DNA of 64,000 nucleotides from Gammaproteobacteria bacterium (GTDB lineage Bacteria; Pseudomonadota; Gammaproteobacteria; DASZBR01): NCBI GenBank assembly GCA_035943935.1, contig DASZBR010000017.1, positions 61,794 to 125,793 of the forward strand, read 5' to 3'. Shown piece by piece: positions 26,546 to 36,100 of this stretch (position 1 is its first letter; each line of letters starts with the position of its first letter). The notes under the pieces were generated by a model. It saw only the letters and a program-made list of their open reading frames with translations, ran no database searches and was not told where the DNA came from. The position numbers and the translations under genes were made by a program.

Positions 26546-29500
26546 ATGGAAGAAGTTGTCAAAGTAGTTGCAAAACCCGTTATCAGCGCGGACGAATCTC
26601 GCAGAGATATCGATAAATTGAAAAATATGTTTGCAAGAATTTTTTCGCTCAAATGTGCCTATTTAGATGAATTAAATAAATTGGATAATAAAGCTAAACA
26701 ATTGCTATTGGATGATTTACGCAGTTACAGAAATAAAGATGCTTATGCAAATCGTGTGCTTGACGAATTAGATACCTCTTATCGCGGTCGTTCTCATCAA
26801 ATCGATAGTTATTTTAAATCGCTCATTGAGCGTTTGAAGACGTTTATGATGAAAGTCGCGGTTGAAATGTTAGACGAAACGTTTCAACTATTATCGAGCT
26901 TAGAAAAAAAATACCACGATCGAGAGGATATTCTGGGTGCCATCAGCGAACATAGAAAATCACTGAATAAATTAAATTTTTCCATTGTTGATGAATATGC
27001 AGATCATCTTCGATATGAATTCTGCAAACAATACCGTGCGGTTGAAACAATCCAAGAGCGGAATGCATTAATACGTGCAAATATCACTGCACGAACGCGA
27101 TTAATTGATCGATGGGAACAATTACTTCCAGCTGAGAAAAGATTTCTTGGTTTTGAAAGTGATTTCAATGCCTTGGATCTTTCTGCAATGGATTTATCTG
27201 GTCTTGATTTAAGACGCTCACGTTTTGCGGGATGTTGTTTTCGGCAAACGGATCTTCGCAATAGTACGTGTGTACCAGACCAATTTTTACATTCACGAAG
27301 TATGGGTGAAGCAGTGATGGATGCAGGAATGGTTGATGAAGTTTTAGCTCAAAAAAAGAATCGAACTTCAATTATGAGAAAAGAACTCGAAGAAAACTTT
27401 TTAGAAAGACAGGAACAAGTCGATGCGCTTCGGTTGTTACCTCGATTAGTTTGTTTGGACAAATTACCTAATTTAGAAGATATCTCAGCTAAGATACTTC
27501 AAATGATGGTAGTTGTTTTAATTGGAACGGGTTATATCAATAAATTACCCGATGAAGATGAGTTTTCTATTAAAAGCTTGAGTATTAAGCCAAGTAACTT
27601 AGATTTAACAGGGAAAACGCGTGCTGAGCTCTTAGCAATATATGAACGTATATTAAAAGCCAGAGGAATGAAATTAAGCGAAGAGGTGCTTCTTTATGCG
27701 CGAGAACATCAGTTTTCTGCTGCGTATGAAAGACTTGAAGGTGAGCACGGAGCATTAGAGAGATTTGAGTGGTTGATCAGTGGGCTGCCTTTAGAAGTAC
27801 GTGAAGAGCACGAGAAGTTTATTGCAGAAAAAAGAGAAGTTTTACGCGACCTAAAAAAGAATAAAGAAAAACACCAGCGGGAATATCTGCAAGCCTCTAT
27901 TAATGCGTTTATTACACATTTACACAAAGCGGATGAAGAAGACATCAATCTGACTCCATCAACACGCATTGGGTCAGCGTTAGATGGAGCACGTAAGCGA
28001 GATGATGTAGTCGTTGATTTAACGGGAGTTGAATTAACAAAGGAATTGTTAGCCGCATATAAGGGAATTGATTTTAGTTTTGTTCACGTCATCCTCACAT
28101 CAGCACAAGAAAAAGTGTTGCCGTGGAAATATCGTGAGCAACGTTATGTTCGCTTAATGCAAGCTGTTGAAAATGAAGATTTACGTGAAATTGCAGTTTG
28201 TTGTAGACAAGGTTTAAGCGTAAATCATCTTAATGAAGCAGGTCGTTCTCCTTTTATGAAAGCGTGCGCGGAGAATAGAGCAACCGTGGTTGATTTTATG
28301 TTGCAGCGTTGTGGTGCAAAAGAAGCGTTGAAATCGCAATCACCTAATGAAACAGCAGGGCAATGGTCGGTACTCGAGACAGCGTTAGTGATGGGTAACG
28401 ATGCTGTGGCCGATGCATTAATCAAGCACGGCGCTGAAGTCAGTTTTATTGCTGCAGTAATGCTCGACCGTCTATCCGCGTATAACGGCAAAGTAACAGC
28501 AGAAAAAATTAACGCGGTATATTTGGGAGGAACTTTACCTTTATTTGTTGCCATTAGAAAAAAGCACCGAGATTTAGTTTCGTGGTTATTGCAAAATGGT
28601 GCAGATGTTCGCTTACAAGAAGGTCAAAAAACAGCATTAAAAGAAGCTGTCTTGAGTGGTGATCTAGGTATTGTCAAAACCATTCATAAATGTGGTGGTG
28701 TGATTACTTTGGAATTAATACGATTAGCATGTGAAAAAGATTTTCTTGAGATCGCTCAATATTTTACTTCTGAAGCGCCAGATAAAATTGATTTGTATTC
28801 TGCATTGTTTGTGAAGCGCCCACAGCATGAAATTGATAAACAGATAAAAGGAGATTGTAAAACAGTTCAACCCGATGGGCTTACGCCATTGGCGACCGCT
28901 TGTTTTGCAGGAAATGCGGATGCAGTACGAGATTTTTTGAGGCGAGGTGCAGATGATCATCTTTATATTCCTTCTAAACGACATACATCGCCGGGCAGCG
29001 CTGAAATTCCTTTGTTTTACGCAACGATGGCAAGACGAGCCGATGTTGTAGAATATTTGGTTCATCAAGAGGGCGTCTCGCCAACCACTATCGTAAAAGA
29101 AAGTACCTCTCCACTTGCTGAAGCGGTGCGTCGTAATTTTACAGATATTGTAATGATCATGCTTAGACCCAACTCAACTATAAGAATCGCCGTTAATCTT
29201 GATGCACAAGATGCAAGTGGTAATACTGTTCTATCGATAGCAGTGCGAAATGGTGCGGTTGACGTTGTAAAAGCATTACTTGAAAGCGGTGCAAGTCCTT
29301 ATATTGCGGATAGTATAGGAAATCTTCCTTTGCATTATGCTCGCAGTGAAGGGCTTACTGAAATTGCAGAAATTTTAGAACATGCCATGCTAAATCCAAA
29401 AAATAAGCATAAGGATACGCCGAAGGAAGTTGCTAAAAAAGCGCGTGAATCTGCTCCCGTTTCTGTAGAAAAAGCGGGTTGGGATGCGTATTTTGATTCT

Positions 29501-30178
29501 GTTGCGGAAATACCTGTCATTCCAGAGCGTATTACTCAGGGCAATGGGTATGTTTGTCATGAAGCGATAGGTGACGGTGAGTGTGGACTGTCCAGAGCGT
29601 TTAAAATTCCGGGTGATGCTATTGTTTGCAAATTACTTGTCGATAAAGCAGATGAGGCTGTGTTTAATTTATTACAACCGGCTGTGGTTGCTGCTTTAGC
29701 AACAAAAGAGTTTCAAGCCTATTTAGTTGCCAATCACATTATGGCCAGTAGCGGAGATTGTGCGGCACGGATTGATATTATCATGGCCTATCTTGATTAC
29801 AACCTGAAAGACAGGCAAGTGGCATTAGGTTGGATGCATCCTGCGGTGTTACAAGCCATTGCACATGTTCAGGGTATAGCCCTTTATATGTGGGGATTGG
29901 ATGAAGGTAAAAAATTAATCCTCTATAAAGTAGCAGAGCAGCGCAATTATGCTGAGTTTATTCCCGAAGGCGCAATGAGTAGGGTGGATTTATTGTGGTC
30001 TGGTGACCATTTTAATTGGATTGAGTTAAATCAGCGACTGGTTTCAAGTCCATCCGCACGGGAACATTTTGGATCGCCGCGAGCACTTCTTGCGCCGCCA
30101 TCTCCAAGGCAGCAAGGACAGCAACCTGTAGATAAAGACAAGGATGAAGCACACAACAATGGAAGATTGGAAAAGTAG
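26546..30178 (+). CDS. 1210-aa protein: coiled-coil N-terminus, short pentapeptide-repeat stretch, ankyrin repeats, C-terminal OTU-like cysteine protease (putative deubiquitinase); candidate effector
   Basis: SD AAGGAGAG. Pentapeptide-like LDLSAMDLSGLDLRRSRFAGCCFRQTDLRNSTC (~27165-27275). ANK and OTU motifs are given in the sub-features. Confidence 0.85.
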   Translation: MEEVVKVVAKPVISADESRRDIDKLKNMFARIFSLKCAYLDELNKLDNKAKQLLLDDLRSYRNKDAYANRVLDELDTSYRGRSHQIDSYFKSLIERLKTFMMKVAVEMLDETFQLLSSLEKKYHDREDILGAISEHRKSLNKLNFSIVDEYADHLRYEFCKQYRAVETIQERNALIRANITARTRLIDRWEQLLPAEKRFLGFESDFNALDLSAMDLSGLDLRRSRFAGCCFRQTDLRNSTCVPDQFLHSRSMGEAVMDAGMVDEVLAQKKNRTSIMRKELEENFLERQEQVDALRLLPRLVCLDKLPNLEDISAKILQMMVVVLIGTGYINKLPDEDEFSIKSLSIKPSNLDLTGKTRAELLAIYERILKARGMKLSEEVLLYAREHQFSAAYERLEGEHGALERFEWLISGLPLEVREEHEKFIAEKREVLRDLKKNKEKHQREYLQASINAFITHLHKADEEDINLTPSTRIGSALDGARKRDDVVVDLTGVELTKELLAAYKGIDFSFVHVILTSAQEKVLPWKYREQRYVRLMQAVENEDLREIAVCCRQGLSVNHLNEAGRSPFMKACAENRATVVDFMLQRCGAKEALKSQSPNETAGQWSVLETALVMGNDAVADALIKHGAEVSFIAAVMLDRLSAYNGKVTAEKINAVYLGGTLPLFVAIRKKHRDLVSWLLQNGADVRLQEGQKTALKEAVLSGDLGIVKTIHKCGGVITLELIRLACEKDFLEIAQYFTSEAPDKIDLYSALFVKRPQHEIDKQIKGDCKTVQPDGLTPLATACFAGNADAVRDFLRRGADDHLYIPSKRHTSPGSAEIPLFYATMARRADVVEYLVHQEGVSPTTIVKESTSPLAEAVRRNFTDIVMIMLRPNSTIRIAVNLDAQDASGNTVLSIAVRNGAVDVVKALLESGASPYIADSIGNLPLHYARSEGLTEIAEILEHAMLNPKNKHKDTPKEVAKKARESAPVSVEKAGWDAYFDSVAEIPVIPERITQGNGYVCHEAIGDGECGLSRAFKIPGDAIVCKLLVDKADEAVFNLLQPAVVAALATKEFQAYLVANHIMASSGDCAARIDIIMAYLDYNLKDRQVALGWMHPAVLQAIAHVQGIALYMWGLDEGKKLILYKVAEQRNYAEFIPEGAMSRVDLLWSGDHFNWIELNQRLVSSPSAREHFGSPRALLAPPSPRQQGQQPVDKDKDEAHNNGRLEK
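28180..29390 (+). other. Ankyrin-repeat region
   Basis: NEAGRSPFMKACAENRATVVDFMLQRCGA; GGTLPLFVAIRKKHRDLVSWLLQNGADV; GLTPLATACFAGNADAVRDFLRRGAD; ASGNTVLSIAVRNGAVDVVKALLESGASPYIADSIGNLPLHYARSEGLTEIAEILE. Confidence 0.8.
29540..30035 (+). other. OTU-like cysteine protease domain
   Basis: Cys loop HEAIGDGECGLSRAF (Cys codon 29582-29584); variable loop WMHPAVLQAIAHVQGIALYMW; His loop VDLLWSGDHFNWIEL (His codon 30008-30010). Confidence 0.6.
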
Positions 30179-33100
30179 GGTTGTACGTCTTGAGCTATCT
30201 TTGCAAAAAGATACACATGATGGTCGAGTCCTCACAGAATTAAGAGAATTGTTTGCGTGTGAACGTTATGGCCGGGTTATGGACCCGGCCCGTGCGTTGG
30301 AATGCCTCAAAAAATTCTTGGATGCTGATAAATCCTATGTGACAGATATTATTACGCTTGCGTACCATTGTGGGATAGATCAGAAAAATACCTCACTTCT
30401 GGTATTTTCGCATGAATGTTCTGGGATGCTGGATGAGCCAAATTTCCCACTTGAATTAAATATTGTTCAGAATTTAGCTCGGCAATATTCAGTTGAGAAA
30501 AATTATCGTTTAAGCGCTTACTATTGGGGCTACGCATATCAACTTTCGCAAGACGATAGCATTAAAAATGAATTAACCCTTCAGTCAATTTATGCAGCAG
30601 CAGACAGGTTGTGTGGCTCAGTTATTTCCGCAGATCAATGCAGTATAGTAATAGAGTTTGGTGATTATTTCGCTTCTATAGGAAATTACGATCGTGCCAA
30701 GCGGTGTTACGACACTGTTTTAAGATGCGCAGCACATAAGCCAGGTGCCCAACATTGGAATGCGCTTTCTCACGAACGATTAAGAGCTATTGCAGAGGAC
30801 CAACTGATTTCTAGTCAAAATTTTACCTGTGTGAGTACTTTAGAAAGTTGTCGGGAAAAATTAAAAGAGGCGCGTAAAGCAGCGATTGAAGAATTAGCGC
30901 ATACCTCTGTTTTAGAGGATCAGAAAAAGTTATCTGTTTTTTTCAGGAATAATATTCTTTATCCCTTATGTGAGGAAACTAAAAAAGAATTAGGGACTCC
31001 ACCCTGTCATTTTAACGTAATGGTCATGGGTTCCCTCGCTCAAAATAGAGCCTGTCTGTATTCAGATGTTGAATTCGCTATCGGTTATCAAAAATACGAT
31101 GAGGTGAATTCAGAGGAGGGGCTTATTAGTTCTCCTGTGAGAGGGTATGAAGGTCAGTTAAAACAAACAGTAGATCGAAAAAAAATTTCTGAGAGTCGTG
31201 AAAATCAGGTGCTTTCTTATTTGCGTGATTTTGTGATGCTTTTGGAGCTCAAAGTCATTGCCTTGGGTGAAACAAATCAATTGCATATTCCAGGTCATTT
31301 GAGCGAACCTTTAAAGGGAAGCGTAGCTTTAATTGAAAAGCGAATGAAACGAGGCTTGCAATTCGATGAAAGTGCTAATACTCCATTTGGTCAGGATGAA
31401 AATGATAAGCGGTTTCTTTTCGATAGTGAAAAACCCCTTCCAGACAATATCTTTTGTGTCGCAATGGAAGGTGTTGTTGTTAGTAATATTATGGCACTTG
31501 AATTTTTATATGGCGATGATGGAAGTAATACGCTGTGCCAAACGCTTATAGAAAAAATTCAAAGACAAATAAATACACCTGATACGCGTCAGAGAGTAAG
31601 AGAAAAATTTATTGATCTCTCCATCAGGATGGGAAAAGATCATGAAAAAGACAAGGTGTTTGTTCATATAAAAAATAGGTTACTGTGGACACCTGTTTGG
31701 ATTTCTCGTGCATTACAGTTAGATGTTAGTCAAATAGCGCATCCTCATTTTCAGGTATTGCTTGATTTAATTATCCAATTTTTGGGTGCCTGTCGTATGC
31801 GGGCACACGCATTTTATCAATCTGAAAATGATTATATTTATTTTTCAGAGAGGGATGATGTCTTTTCATTAAAACAATTCCCAGAAGCTAATTGTCTTAG
31901 ACTTATAATGGATGAAGTGCACCCCTTTTTAATTGAAATGGTACAGACTCGGAAATATTCTTCTCGCGAGTGTGGTGCAGCTTCCGCTCAATGGGTTCTT
32001 ACTTTTATTCGTCATTTGGCACAAGATTTTCTCAATCCAGTCATACAAAAAATGATGGAAATACCGGATGCGTGGGGGTACCGCATAAAGGAGCGAGCCT
32101 TCAATGAAAAATTAATGCACGATTTAATGAGGTTAGGTGGAGATGTATTAGAAGCTGACAATTTTCCTTGGGTTGTGACGGTGGATCATGCTGAGGGCCA
32201 ATCATGTATGTTGGATCCCGTCGTCGCAAGAAAAATTATTCGAGCAGATACAGGACACTTGAAACATTTGGTCAAAGAGAAGATATCTCAAAAAGTTTAT
32301 GCACATCGTAATGTCGCTTATACCGATGATAAAGGGGTGCAGTTACATCTTAAAGAGCATTGTGATTTTCCGATGATGCCCTATGCCAGTTATCTATTAA
32401 ATATGCGATTGATTGGATATGGTGTTCCTCCGAATCGACTGGTTATTTTTACGGTCAAGAATAAACGTACGGGAGAATGGTTTGATTATCCTGTGTTGGT
32501 TTCACAAACTGTCGTTGAGGGAAGGGCGCTGAGTACATACGATCCAAAAAGGATCATGAGTAGATTGTTTTATGAGTTCTTTGTGGTTGATGTACTGAAA
32601 CACCATTGTGATGGATATGATCGAAATTATCTGCTTAATTTATTAGGGGGCTTAGATTGTGTAGACAATGAACAAATTTTTGCACGCGGATTTTCGGAAG
32701 AAGGATATTTTCCGGGTCAAAAATTACGTGAAATTAATGCAGTTTATCGTTTAGCTTTTCCTGAAGACAGGGATAGAAAGTGGTTAGAAACGTTTGCTGA
32801 ATTGGATGTAGATAAAATCTTGAGTGCTTGGTTAGATGATTTGCAAAGCATGCAGGATCATTACCTTCGATTATTGGGGAAGAGGAGAACTGTATTTGAA
32901 GCACGAGATCCGCTTAATCCTTTTGTTTCAACGATGGTATTCGCAGAAGGTGTAGTGGGTAAATTGTCATTAGATTTGCGGGTTGTCAAAATGCTCTGCA
33001 GAGAAGCGCTCTCGAAAAATACAGTATTAAAACCACGAGAGATACTTGAAAGATGCAGTGGTGCAAGAGTTGCAGAATGTTATTTTGATCGCCCTAACAA

Positions 33101-36100
33101 TGGTTTGTTTGTTCAAGTGACAGCAAGCAGCAGTCAATTTGAGTGTTATTTTTTGGGTAAAAAGAAAAAATTCAAAGATATGATTTCAAAAGATTGTATA
33201 GCAGCTGCACGCATTGAGTTACGGAGTTATTCGTTAGGTTTTCCCGAAGAAGATACCAAGGGTAAAGTTTCTCAGTATTTCCCGGGTGAAAGCATGGTGA
33301 CGCGGCTTGATTATTCCGAGGTTGAGTCAGCGGAAACGCAAGATGAAGAACTAGATCGTTTTATCGATTCTCAATTTTCATTTTCTCAGTTGTTCATAAA
33401 AAATTGTAAAGTATTAGATGATGCCAAGTTAGAAAAAATTCTGAACAATAGCAAAGACACGTTGACAGTGTTGTCGATTGCGAATCATCCACGATTGACA
33501 GAAAATAGCTTAATTTATTTAGCAGATAATTTTCCGCATTTGGTTATATTGGTTGCCAGCGGTATTGGTGCGGTGAGTGTGACTAAAAGTTTCTCCCGAT
33601 TACTCCGGTTTCGTTCACTTCAAGTGCTGTATTTAAATCGATGTGCGCAGTTAGAAGCGGCACATATGTGGGCAGAGAATTTAGAATATCTTGAGATGGA
33701 AACGAATGGTGTGTTGACGGTTGTTAGGCTTGAGTTACCCGTGAGGTTAGTATCAGCGTCTTTTGTGGGTTCGCGTCGATTGAGTGCGTTAGATTTAGGA
33801 AAACAGAAATTACCTCATTTAGAAAATCTTACTGTAGATCACGATGATCATTTAACTAAGGCTAATTGGCGTCGAATATATGACCAAGCTCCGGTTGTTA
33901 AGGAAAAGCGTGTTGCGCAGCGGATAGAGGCTCTGAATAAAGAACTCGAAGACCAAGATAAAAGAGTAGAAGCTCAAGCTGAAGAGTCTCAGCGTAAGGT
34001 TAAATTTGAAGCAGAAAAGGTACTTAAAAAATTAAGAGAGTTACATTTTATTAATGTAGACATATATGTTGAGCATCTCCGACATGAGAATCCTGAAGTT
34101 AGGAAGGGAGTAGTTGCTGAACTCGAAAAACTTGGGAAGTTGGATTCGCTTGAAGTTGTAAGAGCGTATGTCAAAAATCTCAACTATAAATATGATGAAG
34201 TTAGCGCTGAAGCTGTTGTTGCGTTAATGAGTTTATGTAGGAGTGGTAAACGTTGCTTAATTTCTCATGCAGTCAAAATTGCTGAACCTAGACTTGTTTT
34301 AAAGATTGTTTTGATAGGTACGAGTGGGGCAGGTTTGTCGTCTTTGAAGGAAAGATTTATAAATAATGAATTTAGTTTAAATATTTCCGTAACAAAGACT
34401 GTTGATATAGATAAAAAAACGATTGAAATTATGGGGAGTAATTGCGAGTTAAATATATGGGATATGCCGGGTTTACTCAGGGAGCGATATGGTAATAATA
34501 GTGTGCATAATACAGGTGCGGACGGTTTTGTTTTTGTTTTTGATTTAACACGGGAACATACATTTCGCAGCGTAGAGTCGTATCTTGAAGAAATGCGAGG
34601 ATATAGCTCTGAATATGAGCCTGCGATTCTTGTTGGAACGAAGTCAGATTCTTTCGATCCAAGAGCCGTTGAGAGTTCCAAAGCTGAAGCACTTGCTAAA
34701 AAATTTGGTATTTCTTATATCGAAGTTTCTGCTCTAAGTGGTCGTAATATTCAAGAGGTTTTTGAGACATTAACAACTGAAATCGGTATGAAAAAAATCT
34801 TAACTAATTCTGTTGCGTATGAAGTGAATGTCAATGCGTCAATATCAGAGGATTTACTAGTATCTCAAAAAGATTTAGTGCGAGTTGCTAGCTCAGTTCG
34901 TCAAGTAAGTTCTGATTCAATAGGCAGTGATTCAAAAAGGGTGGCAGAGTTTAATGCGCAAGGCCTTGAAAAATTCAAACAAAAAAATTATGAGGGTGCG
35001 TTGGAGGATTTCAAAAATGCAACAAAGTTAGATAGTAATAACCCAATATACTTTTCTAATTGTGGTTGCGCAGAATATGAGTTGAAATGTTATGAAGCAG
35101 CAATAAGAAGTTATACAAGGGCAATTGAGCTTGAACCTAATAACGCTGGTTATTTTAATCGACGTGGTTTGGCGAAGTATTGGTTAAAAGATTATGAGGG
35201 AGAGTTGGAGGATTATAGAAATGCTGCAAAGTTAGAGAGTAATAACCCAGTCTATTTTTTTGATTGTGGTTATGCAGAATATGAGTTGAAACGTTATGAA
35301 GCAGCAATAAGAAGTTATACAAGGGCAATTGAGCTCGATCCTAATAACGCTGGCTATTTTAATCGACGTGGTTTGGCGAAATCTTTTTTAAAGGATTATG
35401 AAGGAAAGTTGGAGGATTATAGAAATGCAGCAAGATTAGATAGCAATGACCCAGTTTACTTTTCTAATTGTGGTAACGCAGAACAAGAGTTGAAACGTTA
35501 TGAGGCTGCAATAGAAAGCTATACAAGAGCAATTGAGCTTGATCCTAATAACGCTGGCTATTTTAATCGACGTGGTATGGCGAAACATTGGTTAAAAGAT
35601 TATGAAGGCGCGTTGGAGGATTATAGAAATGCAGCAAAATTAGACAGTACTAACGCAAACTATTTTTTTCATTGTGGGAAAGTAGCTCATGCGCTGAACC
35701 GTTATGGAGAAGCGATATTAAGTTTTGATGAAGCAATTAAACTAGATTCTCAGAATGCGTCATATTTTCATTGGCGTGGATGGGCTAAATATTATTTGGG
35801 AGATCATGAAAGAGCGCTGGTGGATTTGAAGGATGCTGCAAAGTTGGGTAATACTAATCCAGAATATGTTTACGATTGCGCTGCTCTTGAATATGCATTA
35901 AGACTTTATGAGGCAGCAATAAAGAATTTTGATAAAGCGATTGAGTTAGATTCAAAAAACCCTATTTTTTTAGTGGAACGTGCTTTAGTTTTAAAAAAAC
36001 TTTCTAAAGTAGATGCATTTCTTCAGGATCTAAAAACTTTACTTTTAATTAACCCTAATCATGCATATGCGAATTACGGGTTAGGGAGAGCGGCAGAGAA

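Noticed and set aside
34945-36100. Regularly spaced repeats that could be mistaken for a CRISPR array
   Set aside because: The repeats have 102/204-bp periodicity, are in frame and encode TPR motifs within a continuous ORF. There is no repeat-spacer structure.
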